Positions 45,229-55,587 are shown, counted from the first letter of the stretch. The stretch is 64,000 nt of DNA from an uncultured Actinomycetota bacterium (GCA_963766005.1 CAVXYG010000012.1:17172-81171); one strand, 5' to 3'. Notes: generated from the sequence alone by a model not told the origin. Made by a program: numbers and translations.

Positions 45229-46740
45229 ATGCGCGCACGAGTGGCTGTGCTGGTCGTCGTCGCGTTGACCGCAGGCGCCGTTTCGGGGGCCTCGGCCGCC
45301 GTGGCCCCCGATCGTCTGCCAACCGAGTGGCCCGTTGAGGCTGAAGCCCATCGCGCCGATGTGGCCGGTGCGCCCGGCGGGAGGGTCGCCAACGAGGCGA
45401 CCCAGCCACTGGACGGTGAGCAGAACGCACCGGACGGCGCCGCGGTGGTTCCCTACCGCAGCGGATGGGGAACCGTGCAGCGGGATATCGCCTCCCTCAC
45501 CGAGTACTCGGCCGGGCTGACCGATGAGCATCGCCGCTACGCCGCGCTGCGCTCCGACCTGGGGCCGCGATTGGCGGCCCTGCAGGAGCGGGAATCCGCA
45601 CTGACGCAGCGACTGGCTGAACTCGGTGCGCTCGAGGTCATGCTGACCCGGCAGCTGACCGATGCGCGCTCCGAGCTGGCGGTGCTGGAGCGGCAGGCCG
45701 GTGCCTTGGCCCGGCTCCTGTACACCCAGCCGGCCCCGGAACTGAACGCCCTGGCCCAACTGCTGGAGGGCGAGGACCTGCGGGCGTTCGACCGACAGAA
45801 CCTCGTGACCGGCGTGCTGACCTCGCGCGGCGCAGAGGTGGCGCGGACCCGTGAGGAAGTCGAGCGGCTCAGCGCACAGCTGCGCACGACGCGCGGCGAC
45901 ATCGCCTCGGCGCAGCGGGAACGCGCAACGGTGAGCTCGGACCGCCACCAGGTTGCCGCGCAGCTGGCCGTCGTGGAGAAGGCGCTGACCGAGATCGACG
46001 ACGACGCGCAGGCGGCTCGGGCGGCGATCGACGAGATCCGGCGTGCCGAGCTGGTCGCGATCCGGGCCGCCGTCGAAGCTGCGGCTGCCGCTGATCGCGC
46101 CGACGCCGAGGCGCAGATGCCGGACACACCCTCGCAGTCGCAGGCTGCGCCGCGATCGGAGCCGCCGGCCAGACCGACGGGCGGCGGCACGGCTGCCAAG
46201 AGCACCGGCGATTTCCGCGCCGCGCTACCCCAGGGGATCCCCTACCGCGATGTCTTCCTGACCTACGGGCTGCGCTACCGCGTCGAGCCCGCGGTCTTGG
46301 CCGCCATCGCCCGCCAGGAGTCGAACTTCGACCCGTGGGCCGGCTGCAGCCGCGCCGGGGCGGGCAAGGGGATCATGCAGCACGAGGGCCAGGCGCGCTA
46401 CTGCGGACCGCAGGCCGTGGCGGCCTCGGTGGAGAAGTCGGCGCGCATGCTGGCCGCGTACTACAACCGCGGCGGGAGCTGGCAGGCGGCCATGTTCGCC
46501 TACAACAACGGCCCGGGCCTGATGGACGAATGGGTGCGCTTCGGCAGCAACCCGCCGAGGCTCCTGGCAGTTCTGGCGCAGCACTACAACGCCAGCCCCT
46601 GGGCCAGCCCCGGCCCCAAGCACGGGTACCCGACCTGGGGGGACTGGCGCGCGGCCGTCGCCTACAGCTACGCCGCCACGCGCCCGTTGGCCGGCATGCG
46701 GTCGGCGGCCCAGACCTGGCTCATCTACCGACAGGGATGA
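45229..46740 (+). CDS. secreted coiled-coil protein with a C-terminal SLT-type lytic transglycosylase domain
   Basis: ATG 45229 preceded by GGAGG, 503 aa. Signal peptide MRARVAVLVVVALTAGAVSGASAA. About 250 aa of heptad-like Ala/Leu/Glu/Arg-rich sequence. SLT motifs ARQESNF, GIMQ, FAYNNGPG. Confidence 0.8.
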   Translation: MRARVAVLVVVALTAGAVSGASAAVAPDRLPTEWPVEAEAHRADVAGAPGGRVANEATQPLDGEQNAPDGAAVVPYRSGWGTVQRDIASLTEYSAGLTDEHRRYAALRSDLGPRLAALQERESALTQRLAELGALEVMLTRQLTDARSELAVLERQAGALARLLYTQPAPELNALAQLLEGEDLRAFDRQNLVTGVLTSRGAEVARTREEVERLSAQLRTTRGDIASAQRERATVSSDRHQVAAQLAVVEKALTEIDDDAQAARAAIDEIRRAELVAIRAAVEAAAAADRADAEAQMPDTPSQSQAAPRSEPPARPTGGGTAAKSTGDFRAALPQGIPYRDVFLTYGLRYRVEPAVLAAIARQESNFDPWAGCSRAGAGKGIMQHEGQARYCGPQAVAASVEKSARMLAAYYNRGGSWQAAMFAYNNGPGLMDEWVRFGSNPPRLLAVLAQHYNASPWASPGPKHGYPTWGDWRAAVAYSYAATRPLAGMRSAAQTWLIYRQG

Positions 46741-47897
46741 CCGGGCGCACCGATCGGCTCGACCGGCCGTGGGCAGGGGTCGACTCGGCCCTCGCCGTCG
46801 TGCTGCGGGGCGGGTTGGAGCAGGTGATCGAGGACGTCATCGCCGCCGTCGCCGCCGAGGTGCCCGCCTACGCGCGACCCGAGGACGGGCACGTGCAGGG
46901 GGCCCTGCGCGAGGGGGTCAGAGTCGCGCTGGAGCGGCTCATGTCCCTGCTCGGCACCGCCGAGGCTCCGCTCGGCCCGGCCGCAGAGGTCTATGAGCGC
47001 ATCGGGGCGGCCGAGTACCGCAGCCACCGCCCGCTGCCAGCGGTGCTCGCGGCCTACCGGGTCGGCGCGCTGACCACCTGGCGCGGGCTGAGCGCGCTGT
47101 CGGCCGTAGCCGGGACCGACGCGGTGCAGACCGCCCGGTTGGCCGAGGCCTGCTTCGCCTACATCGATGAGATCTCCGCCGCCTCGGCGGCCGGCTACTC
47201 GGCCGCAGCCGCCGCCGACGCCGGCCGGCGGGAGGCGCTGGCCGGGCAACTCGTGGCCGCAGTCGTGGAGTCGGCGGGCGCCGGGGTCGTCTCGGCCCTG
47301 TCCGCCGACCTGGGGTGGGAGCTGCCGGAGTCGTTGCGGGTGGCGGTCTGGGAGGACGTCGCTGCTCCGCCGGGGATCTTGGCGGCCCGACACGGCGGGT
47401 TGACCGTCGCCCTGCTGCCGGAACCTCCATCGAGGCAGGCCAGGTCTGAGCTGGACCGTCTTTCAGCCGCCGTCGGCACCGCCCAGCCGGTCGGCGAGGC
47501 GCCCGTGTCGTTCCGCCATGCGCGGCTGCTGCACCGCCTGCGGCAGTCCGGCGCGATCCCGAACGACGCGGCTGCGCTGACCGAGGAGCACGTCCCGGCG
47601 CTGCTCCTCATGGCCGAGGAGTCGCTGACCCAGGCGCTGATCGCACGACGGCTCGCGGTGCTGGACGGTCTGGACGAGCAGCGTCGCGCCGTCGTGGTGG
47701 ACACGACCGCCGCCTGGCTCCTGCACGGCGGATCGCGGGCGGCCGTCGCCGAGCAGCTGCACATCCACCCGCAGACGGTCGCCTACCGGATGGGCGGGAT
47801 CCGCGCACTGCTCGGGGCGCAACTGGCCGACGCGGAGGGACGATGGGAACTCCTGCTGGCGCTGCGTGCGGAGCAGCTCGTGCGTCCTAGTCGATGA
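46737..47897 (+). CDS. PucR-family (CdaR-like) helix-turn-helix transcriptional regulator
   Basis: ATG 46737 overlaps the upstream TGA (ATGA), 386 aa. The C-terminal HTH AAVAEQLHIHPQTVAYRMGGIRALLG is typical of PucR_C. Confidence 0.75.
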   Translation: MTGRTDRLDRPWAGVDSALAVVLRGGLEQVIEDVIAAVAAEVPAYARPEDGHVQGALREGVRVALERLMSLLGTAEAPLGPAAEVYERIGAAEYRSHRPLPAVLAAYRVGALTTWRGLSALSAVAGTDAVQTARLAEACFAYIDEISAASAAGYSAAAAADAGRREALAGQLVAAVVESAGAGVVSALSADLGWELPESLRVAVWEDVAAPPGILAARHGGLTVALLPEPPSRQARSELDRLSAAVGTAQPVGEAPVSFRHARLLHRLRQSGAIPNDAAALTEEHVPALLLMAEESLTQALIARRLAVLDGLDEQRRAVVVDTTAAWLLHGGSRAAVAEQLHIHPQTVAYRMGGIRALLGAQLADAEGRWELLLALRAEQLVRPSR

Positions 47898-48690
47898 GTT
47901 TGCGGGACATGCTGCGGAACGACAGCAGCGCCGCGCCGGCGGCGAAGACCACCAGCGCAGCGGCATGGAGCAGGTCCGTGGCCGGCTCCATGCCGAACGA
48001 GGCATGCCGCACGAGCTCCACGCAGTGGTACAGCGGATTCAGCTGCGCCAGTGTCTGGACCAAGGGCGGGAAATTGGTCAGCGGGAAGAACGTGCCGGCC
48101 AGGAGGAACAGCGGGGTCACCACGGCACTGGTGACGTAGTTGAACGAGTCGATGCTCGGCACGATCGCGCTGATCCACTGGCCGAGGAAGGCGAAGCCAA
48201 GTCCGGTGATCGCGGCGACGAACGGGATCAGGACCATCGTGGGCCGTGGCTGCAGACCGAACGCCATCGCCACCAGCAGGGGCGCGTTGCCGTAGACGCC
48301 CGCCTTCACCGCCAGCCAGCTGGCCTCGGCGGCCATGACCTCGCGCACGTTCACCGGAGTGGCGAGGATCGCGTCGTAGGTCTTGAGGAACTCGCGTTTC
48401 ACGAAGGTGTTGAACATCGCGGCGAAGACCGATGCGAACAGCACGGCCGAGGCGACGGTGCCCGTGCCCACGTACTCGACGTAGGAGTAGCCGTCGATCT
48501 CGGAGATCAGGCCGCCCAGACCGACGCCGAAGGCGAGCAGGTAGATCGTCGGCTCGACGATGGAGGAGAAGGTCGTCGAGCGCCACAACCGCCGGAACAG
48601 CACCCACTCCCGGACCCACACGCCGGCGAACGCCGCTCTGTCGAATCCGCGCGACGGGAGTGCTGCAGCGAGGTCGTCCATCTGTGCCAT
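47887..48690 (-). CDS. ABC-2 type transporter permease
   Basis: ORF 47887..48690, 267 aa, six TM helices. Follows the ATPase gene after a 4-bp gap. Confidence 0.85.
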   Translation of the reverse strand: MAQMDDLAAALPSRGFDRAAFAGVWVREWVLFRRLWRSTTFSSIVEPTIYLLAFGVGLGGLISEIDGYSYVEYVGTGTVASAVLFASVFAAMFNTFVKREFLKTYDAILATPVNVREVMAAEASWLAVKAGVYGNAPLLVAMAFGLQPRPTMVLIPFVAAITGLGFAFLGQWISAIVPSIDSFNYVTSAVVTPLFLLAGTFFPLTNFPPLVQTLAQLNPLYHCVELVRHASFGMEPATDLLHAAALVVFAAGAALLSFRSMSRKLID

Positions 48691-48694
48691 GGCG

Positions 48695-49609
48695 CTACTC
48701 CAGGCTCTCGCCGGTCAGCAGGACGAAGACGTCCTCCAGGCTCGCCGCCCGGCGGTGACCGTCACCGAGCTCGTCCTGCACGGCCATCGGTAGTCCTTCG
48801 GCGCGCAGGATGCTCACCGAGGGGCCGTTGCGCCGCGCGGGCAAGCCGGCCTGGCTCGCGGCTCGCTCCACGCGGGCCAGGTAGGCCGGAGGCCCGTAGT
48901 ACTCCAGCGCCTCGGTGCCGGCATGCGCCGTCAGCAGCTCCAAGGGCGTGCCGGCGGCGACGACCCGCCCGGCGTTCATGATCGCCACCTGGTCGGCCAG
49001 ACGCTCGGCCTCTTCGATGTAGTGGGTGCTCATGAGCAGGGTCTTGCCGCGGGCTCGCAGGTCGTCGATGAGGGTCCACAGCTCCTGCCGGATCTGCGGA
49101 TCGAGGCCCACCGTGGGCTCATCGAGGAGGATCAGTTCCGGGTCGTGCACCAAGGACCGGGCGATGAGCAGCCGCCGTTTCATCCCGCCGGACAGGGTCT
49201 TGATCCTGTCGTCCGCCCGGTCGGTGAGACGGGCCAGCGCCAGCGCCGCATCGACGGCTGCGGCGCGTCGGGACCGGGGGACCCGCAGCAGCGTGGCCCA
49301 GACCATCGCGTTCTCCCGACAGGTCAGCTGGTCCTCCAGCCACTCCTGCTGCGGCACGACGCCCATGGCGGCTCGGGCGCGCTTGGACTGCTGCGGGATC
49401 GGGAGGCCGAGGACTTCGATGGTTCCGCCGGTGGGCTCGGCCTGGCCGGTGAGCATCCGCATCGTGGTGGATTTCCCGGCGCCGTTGGGGCCGAGCAGCC
49501 CGAAACAGGTGCCGCGCGGGACTTCCAGCGACAGGCCGTCGACAGCCGTGAGGTCGCCGAACCGCTTCACCACGTGGGAGAGCCGGATTGCCGGCGACGT
49601 CGGCGTCAC
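48695..49609 (-). CDS. ABC transporter ATP-binding protein
   Basis: ORF 48695..49609, 304 aa. Walker A GPNGAGKST, signature LSGGMKRRL, Walker B LILLDEPT. Confidence 0.9.
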   Translation of the reverse strand: MTPTSPAIRLSHVVKRFGDLTAVDGLSLEVPRGTCFGLLGPNGAGKSTTMRMLTGQAEPTGGTIEVLGLPIPQQSKRARAAMGVVPQQEWLEDQLTCRENAMVWATLLRVPRSRRAAAVDAALALARLTDRADDRIKTLSGGMKRRLLIARSLVHDPELILLDEPTVGLDPQIRQELWTLIDDLRARGKTLLMSTHYIEEAERLADQVAIMNAGRVVAAGTPLELLTAHAGTEALEYYGPPAYLARVERAASQAGLPARRNGPSVSILRAEGLPMAVQDELGDGHRRAASLEDVFVLLTGESLE

Positions 49610-49728
49610 CGGACCACGATACGTGCGTCGTGAGGCACGCGCGCTCGCCCTGCGCGGCCGTGCTGCTGCGGGGCCGTCCCGGCGCCACGCGTCGGACGCG
49701 CTCCGGTGGCCGGCGGCTGCGTTACCGT

Positions 49729-51004
49729 GTGGCGGTGAACTACCTCGCGCTCTACATCGGCAAGCTGGTTGTCGTCGTCGGCCGCTTGCTGGGCAAGCGG
49801 GGTTCCTCGTTCCCGGGCCTGGTCGCGGAGAAGATCAGCCCCGGCTTCCTGCGCAACGCCCTGGAGTCGCTGCCGGGCGGGGTCATCGTCGTGACCGGCA
49901 CCAACGGCAAGACCACCACCGTGAAGATGATCGCGGACATCCTCGGCACCCAGCACCAGGTCCTGACCAACCGGACCGGCGCGAACTTCACCCGCGGCAT
50001 CGCCTCCACGGTGCTCATGGGGATGTCGATGCGCGGCAAGCTGCGCCACACGATCGGGGTGTTCGAGATCGACGAGGCCTGGGCGGTCCGCTTCGTGGAC
50101 CAGGTGCGCACCCGGGGCGTGGTCATCACCAACGTGATGCGCGACCAGATGGACCGCTTCGGGGAGATCGACCACACCGCGCGCCTGCTGACGAAGGTCG
50201 TGGCCGCTGCCGAGGAATTCGCGGTGCTCAACGCCGATGACCCCCGCGTCGTCGCGATGGCGTCGGCGGCCGGCTGCCCGGTCACCTACTTCGGGGTCGG
50301 AGCCGAGTTGCGGCGCGTCTTCATCACCGACGACGAGTTGTACGCCGCCGACATCGACGTGGACGCCAAGCACGCCGCCCGTCCAGTGCCGCAGGTCGTG
50401 CTGGAGCGGATCGACCCGGGGTCCATCACCGTGAGCACGCGAGGCCGGACAGATGGACATCGCGCTGCACGTCTTCGGCTCCCACAACGCGCAGAACGCC
50501 ACGGCCGCGCTGGCGGCCGGGCTGCGGGCGGGTGTGCCGCTGGACCAGGCGGCGACCGCGCTGGAGCACATGATGGCGGCATTCGGGCGCGGCGAGTTCA
50601 TCGATGTCGGCGGTCGGCGGCTGCTGCTGCAGCTGGTGAAGAACCCCGGCGGATTCCGCTACTCGTTGATGGATGTCGCCTCGGTGACGCCGGCGGAGGT
50701 GCTCATCGCGATCAATGACGAGTACGCCGACGGCCGCGACGTCTCGTGGCTGTGGGACGTGGACTTCCGGTCGCTGGCGCAATGGCCGGTCTCCACGACC
50801 GGCACCCGGGCGGAGGACATGGCGCTGCGGCTGGAGTACGACGGCGTCCCCGTCCGCGAGGCCACCCCCGACATGCGCCAGGCGATCGAGCAGTTGCGCG
50901 ATCGGCACCCGGCCGGGACGACGCTCGTGGTGTGCGCCACCTACACCGCGATGTTCGACATGCGGGAGATCCTGGCCACCATGGCGGAGGTGACGCCGGT
51001 ATGA
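49729..51004 (+). pseudogene. murT: lipid II isoglutaminyl synthase subunit MurT, split by a frameshift
   Basis: N-terminal part in ORF 49588..50718 (GKRGSSFPGLVAEKI...VTGTNGKTTT Mur-ligase P-loop). C-terminal part in ORF 50453..51004 (...HVFGSHNAQNATAALA..., DUF1727-like tail). The frame change lies between 50435 and 50452. The start (GTG 49729 or 49735) is uncertain. Confidence 0.8.
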
Positions 51005-51720
51005 AGCCGCTGCACCTGGTGCACCTCTACCAGCGGGAGATGAACATCTACGGCGACACCGGCAACCGACTGGTGCTCACCAAGCGTCTGGAGCTGTCCG
51101 GCATCCCGCACGAGGTGTCGATCTGCGGCGTGGGCGATCCGCTGCCCGCCGATCCGCACTTGATCCTCGGCGGCGGCGGTCAGGACGTCGGCCAGGCCGC
51201 GGTCGGCGCGGATCTGCAGGGCAAGCGCGACGGCTTGGCGGCGATGAAGGCCGACGGCGTCCCCATGCTCATGATCTGCGGCATGTACCAGTTGTTCGGC
51301 CACTACTTCCAGACCCACGAGGGGGAGCGGATCCCCGGCGCAGGCCTGCTGGACCTGCACACCGAGGGGCAGCCGCAGCGGCTCATCGGCAACATCACCG
51401 AGGACTCGGACTTCGGCGAGCTCGTCGGCTACGAGAACCACAGCGGCCTGACGTACCTGCACGACGGCGTGCAGCCGTTGGGGCGAGTCGTCCGCGGCAG
51501 CGGGAACAACGGCACGGACGGGGGCGAAGGCGCACTCGACGGTTCGATCATCGGTACCTACCTGCACGGCCCGGTGCTCGCCAAGAGCCCCAGGCTGGCC
51601 GACCACCTGTTGGGGGAGGCGCTCGCCGCGGCCGGGATCGAGGCCGAGCTCGGGCCGTTCCCGGAGCTCGATGCGCGTGCCGGGCGCGCCGCGGCCGCGG
51701 CGAAGGCCCGGCCCCGATAG
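51001..51720 (+). CDS. gatD: lipid II isoglutaminyl synthase glutaminase subunit GatD (CobB/CobQ-like amidotransferase)
   Basis: ATG 51001 overlaps the murT TGA (ATGA), 239 aa. LYQREMNIYGDTGN, ICGMYQLFG (Cys nucleophile), YENHSG, and H in TYLHGP. Confidence 0.85.
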   Translation: MKPLHLVHLYQREMNIYGDTGNRLVLTKRLELSGIPHEVSICGVGDPLPADPHLILGGGGQDVGQAAVGADLQGKRDGLAAMKADGVPMLMICGMYQLFGHYFQTHEGERIPGAGLLDLHTEGQPQRLIGNITEDSDFGELVGYENHSGLTYLHDGVQPLGRVVRGSGNNGTDGGEGALDGSIIGTYLHGPVLAKSPRLADHLLGEALAAAGIEAELGPFPELDARAGRAAAAAKARPR

Positions 51721-51853
51721 GTCGGGGCGAGGGCGCGGCAGTTCCCCGGAGGCGTCGGCTTGCCGCGCCGGCGCGCGCCGGCTCCGAGGCGCCGGGAAGC
51801 CGGGCATCTCGCCGCGGCGGCGTGCTGGCCTGCCTGACGAGTACCGTGGACGT

Positions 51854-52654
51854 GTGCCCAACGCACCCGAACAACCGGACCCTTGGTCGCTTCGCGCCTC
51901 GGATGCGGACCGGGACAAGTACTTGACCTTGCTCCGCGAGGCCTACGCCGAGGGGCGGCTCGACGCCGTGGAGTACCAGGAGCGGATGGAGCAGGCGCTC
52001 GGCGCGAAGACCTACCGCGACCTGTATCCGGTGCTCGCCGAACTGCCGATCGAGCCGTCGCGGGCGCCGGGACCTCCGATGCTCGGCACCGATCCCGCGG
52101 CATCGGCCGCCCAGCGGGGCGGTCTGGGCCAGCACTACCTGCCCGTGGCGGCACCCTCGGCGAATGCGGCGCGGCTGCCCGCGGGCTTCTCGCCGGACAA
52201 TTCCGTCGTGTCGATCTTCGGCTCGGCGTCGCGCAACGGATCGTGGATGGTCCCCGAGGACGTCCAGGTCTTCACGCTGTTCGGAGAGGCCACGCTCGAC
52301 CTCACCGGTGCCATCCTGTCCGGCATGGCCACCGAACTGCGCTGCAACGCGGTGTTCGGCAGCGTCAAGATCGTGCTGCCCGATGCGCTGCATGTCGAGG
52401 TCAACGGCGTGGGCATCCTCGGGGAGTTCGAGACCAAGGACAAGCGCAAGGGCCAGGACAAGCGCCGCACGCCGGCACCGACTGCTCCGCAGATCAAGGT
52501 CACCGGAGTCGCGGTCTTCGGCAGCGTCGAGGTGCGCATCGTGACGCCCAGGCCGGGCCAGGGGACCGTCAGCATGGTGAGCCCGGCGCTCCCCCCGGCG
52601 CCGCAGCACCCCGCCATCGACCAACGGCCCCCGGAACCCCCGACCGCGCAGTAG
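51854..52654 (+). CDS. DUF1707 domain protein with a LiaF-like C-terminal region
   Basis: GTG 51854 in ORF 51671..52654, 266 aa. LRASDADRDKYLTLLREAYAEGRLDAVEYQERM is the DUF1707 signature. The C-terminal repetitive beta segment resembles the cell-wall-active antibiotic response domain. Confidence 0.7.
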   Translation: MPNAPEQPDPWSLRASDADRDKYLTLLREAYAEGRLDAVEYQERMEQALGAKTYRDLYPVLAELPIEPSRAPGPPMLGTDPAASAAQRGGLGQHYLPVAAPSANAARLPAGFSPDNSVVSIFGSASRNGSWMVPEDVQVFTLFGEATLDLTGAILSGMATELRCNAVFGSVKIVLPDALHVEVNGVGILGEFETKDKRKGQDKRRTPAPTAPQIKVTGVAVFGSVEVRIVTPRPGQGTVSMVSPALPPAPQHPAIDQRPPEPPTAQ

Positions 52655-53019
52655 TCCGCCGGCCGGGGCGGGCAGGGCGTGGCCCGCAGCGCCAGATCCT
52701 GCCGACTCGGCGCTGCCACCGCCGAGCGTTGCCCCGACCGCGTCCACCGGCGGCCGACGGCTGGCGGAGCCGTCGACACCGCTTCCCGCCGGAGCCTCTC
52801 CGCGCTGCAGGGCGTCGCGAGAGCGAGGCGCATCGATCGCGCTGCCGCATCCCGGTCGAGCCCGCGGGGGTCGCGTCCCCGACCTCAGCGCCCGATATCG
52901 CCACTGTCGGCGGGCAGAAGCGGGGTAGCGCGCAGAGCGGCTGGACCGAGCATGGATCGGACGCGCTCGCCGTTGACGGGCGTATCGTCGAGCCACGATC
53001 TCGAGACCCCGAGGACACC

Positions 53020-54738
53020 ATGAATCCCACTGCGGACTGGATGACTTCGGGGGAAGGCCATCCCAAGCGCTGGCCCATCCTGGGCGTGCTGGTCGTGTCG
53101 CTCCTCGTCGTCGTGCTCGACAACACGATCCTGAACATCGCGCTGCCGACCATCCAACGGGACCTGCAGGCCAGCCAGGGCGAGCTCGTGTGGGCCGTCG
53201 ACTCCTACATCCTGGCGTTCGCCTCGCTGCTGTTCACCTGGGGTGTGCTCGGCGACCGATGGGGACGCAAACGCGTCCTGGTCATCGGGCTGCTGATCTT
53301 CGGCGCGGCGTCGGCGTTCTCGGCGTTCGCCCCGTCGGCGGGTTGGCTCATCGCCCTCCGCGCCATCATGGGCCTCGGCGGTGCCGCGGTGATGCCCACC
53401 ACGCTGGCGATCATCACCGTCGTGTTCCCGCCGCATGAGCGCGGCAAGGCCATCGGCACCTGGGCCGGCGCGGTGGGCGCCGCTGTGGCGCTGGGCCCCG
53501 TCCTGGGAGGTCTGCTGCTGCAGCACCCGCAATGGAGCAGCTGGCTGACCGGCAACGACTGGGGCTCGGTGTTTCTCATCAACGTCCCGGTCGTCGTCCT
53601 CGGGGTGATCGGGATCGTGCGCGTCGTGCCCGAGACCCGCGACCCGTCACCGCGGGCGCTGGACGTGGGCGGGCTGCTGCTGTCCGTCCTCGGGCTGTTC
53701 GCGCTGGTCTACGGGATCATCCATGCCTCCGAGACGAGGAGCTGGTCGGACCCCGCTGTGCTGCTGCCGATGGCAATCGGCGTGCTGTTGATCGTGGTGT
53801 TCCTGGTCCTGGAGGCCCGCAGCGACCACCCCAGTTTCGACGTCTCCCTCTTCCGCAACCGTGGCTACGCGGTCAGCCTGGCGGCGGTGTCGCTCAGCTT
53901 CTTCGCGCTGTCCGGCATCACGTTCACCCTGCCGTTCTACCTGCAGGTGCTGCGGGGCTTCGACACGCTGCAGGCAGGGCTGTGCTTCCTGCCCTTCGCC
54001 GTGGGCCAGCTGCTCGCAGCGCCCCGTAGCGCGGCGATGGTGCAGCGGTTCGGCTATCGCAAGGTCATGACGACGGGGCTGGGGCTGGTGTCGGTGTCCA
54101 TGGCGGCGCTCACCGTGCTCCAGATCGACACTCCGCTGTGGCTGGTGCTCACGGTCTTCTTCGTCTTCGGCTTCGGCATGGGCAACGTCATCGCGCCCGG
54201 CTCGACCGTGCTGCAGAACGTGCTCCCGTTGGCTCGGGCAGGGGCTGGCTCTGCGGTGCAGAACACCGTCCGGCAGGTCGGGGGCGCGCTCGGGGTGGCG
54301 ATCATCGGGACCGTCCTGGCCACGCAGTACGCCAGCCGGGTCGCAGCGTCCCTGCCCGACGGGTTGCCGCCCGGGGCGCAGGAGACGGCCACGGAGTCCG
54401 TGGTCGCCACAGTGGAGATCCTCGACCGCGCTGTCCAGCAGGGTCTGCCGCCCGACGTTGCCGCCTCGGCGCGGGCCGACGCCTTCGCCGACTTCCTCGC
54501 TGCCACGCACATCGCCTCGCTGATCTCCCTGGTCGTCGTCGTCGCGGCGACGCTGATCGTGGCGTTCGGCCTGCCCCACATCACGCCGCCCCGCCGCGGC
54601 CCGCTCCCGGTGCCCGTGGACGACACCGACGAGCTGGTGATCGAGCATGCTGCCGACTACGCCTCGGAGTCGGCCGAGGAGTTCGCTGACCGGGGCCGTC
54701 CGGCAGATGCCGACCCGGACTCGGGTGACAATCGATAG
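53020..54738 (+). CDS. MFS transporter, DHA2 (EmrB/QacA, 14-TMS) family
   Basis: ATG 53020 in ORF 51883..54738, 572 aa. LDNTILNIALPTIQRDL, GDRWGRKRV, LRAIMGLGGAAVMP motifs. Roughly 60-aa acidic C-terminal tail. Confidence 0.9.
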   Translation: MNPTADWMTSGEGHPKRWPILGVLVVSLLVVVLDNTILNIALPTIQRDLQASQGELVWAVDSYILAFASLLFTWGVLGDRWGRKRVLVIGLLIFGAASAFSAFAPSAGWLIALRAIMGLGGAAVMPTTLAIITVVFPPHERGKAIGTWAGAVGAAVALGPVLGGLLLQHPQWSSWLTGNDWGSVFLINVPVVVLGVIGIVRVVPETRDPSPRALDVGGLLLSVLGLFALVYGIIHASETRSWSDPAVLLPMAIGVLLIVVFLVLEARSDHPSFDVSLFRNRGYAVSLAAVSLSFFALSGITFTLPFYLQVLRGFDTLQAGLCFLPFAVGQLLAAPRSAAMVQRFGYRKVMTTGLGLVSVSMAALTVLQIDTPLWLVLTVFFVFGFGMGNVIAPGSTVLQNVLPLARAGAGSAVQNTVRQVGGALGVAIIGTVLATQYASRVAASLPDGLPPGAQETATESVVATVEILDRAVQQGLPPDVAASARADAFADFLAATHIASLISLVVVVAATLIVAFGLPHITPPRRGPLPVPVDDTDELVIEHAADYASESAEEFADRGRPADADPDSGDNR

Positions 54739-55332
54739 GTGAACCGAGGTCAGACCGATGCCCCTGCCGCCGCACCCCAGGGCGGGGGGAGCCCGCCATC
54801 GCGATCGTCCCGCTCAGTGGCCGACCTGCTGCGCTCGCTCGTCGTGGTCGGTGTCATCGTGGCGGCCCTGGTCGCGGTGAACTACCGGGCACCGGAGGAC
54901 CCGGTGAAACAGATCGATCCGGCGCCCGTCGCCCGCCAGATCGCCGCCGTTGCGCCGTTCCCGGTCCTGCTCCCCCAAGATCAGGGATGGCGGGCTACGG
55001 CCGCGCGATGGGAGCCCACCCAGGAGTCCGGCTCAGTGCCGGTCTGGTACACCGGCGGCGTCTACGGCGCGAACGGGGAGGGACCGTTCGCCGCGCTGAG
55101 CCAGTCGACAGCCACGTCGCAGGACTTCGTCGCCGAGCAGACCAGCGGTGGCGCACCCACCGGAGTCGTGATCGAGGTCGGGGCGACGCCGTGGTCGCGC
55201 TATGCGTCGATGGACACCCGCAGTCTGGTTCGGGTGAACCAGACGGGTGCCACGATCGTCGCGGGGACGGGATCCTGGGAGGATCTGGAGAGGTTCGCGG
55301 CCTCGTTGGTGCCGGCCGCCGAGCAGCCCTGA
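54739..55332 (+). CDS. DUF4245 domain-containing membrane-anchored protein
   Basis: ORF 54739..55332 (GTG immediately after the MFS stop), 197 aa. One TM helix plus W...W-containing ectodomain. Its position beside xseAB/ispH is typical for Actinobacteria. Confidence 0.7.
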   Translation: MNRGQTDAPAAAPQGGGSPPSRSSRSVADLLRSLVVVGVIVAALVAVNYRAPEDPVKQIDPAPVARQIAAVAPFPVLLPQDQGWRATAARWEPTQESGSVPVWYTGGVYGANGEGPFAALSQSTATSQDFVAEQTSGGAPTGVVIEVGATPWSRYASMDTRSLVRVNQTGATIVAGTGSWEDLERFAASLVPAAEQP

Positions 55333-55350
55333 GCCGCCCAGCGGACGAAC

Positions 55351-55587
55351 TCAGTCCTCGGATTCTCCCTCAACGGTGGCAGTGATCCGCTCCCGCGCAC
55401 CGTCCAGCCATTCCTGGCAGCGAGCGGCGAGCGCCTCCCCGCGCTCCCAGAGGGCCAGCGCCTGCTCCAGCGACGTGCCCCCCTGCTCCAGCGAGCGCAC
55501 CACCTCGGCGAGCGCATCCCGGCACTGCTCGTAGCTGAGCGCCCCGAGGTCGTCGCCTCCGGGCAGTTGTAGGGCATCGGTCGTCAT
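55351..55587 (-). CDS. xseB: exodeoxyribonuclease VII small subunit
   Basis: ORF 55351..55587, 78 aa. [41 protein letters not shown]. Confidence 0.9.
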   Translation of the reverse strand: MTTDALQLPGGDDLGALSYEQCRDALAEVVRSLEQGGTSLEQALALWERGEALAARCQEWLDGARERITATVEGESED

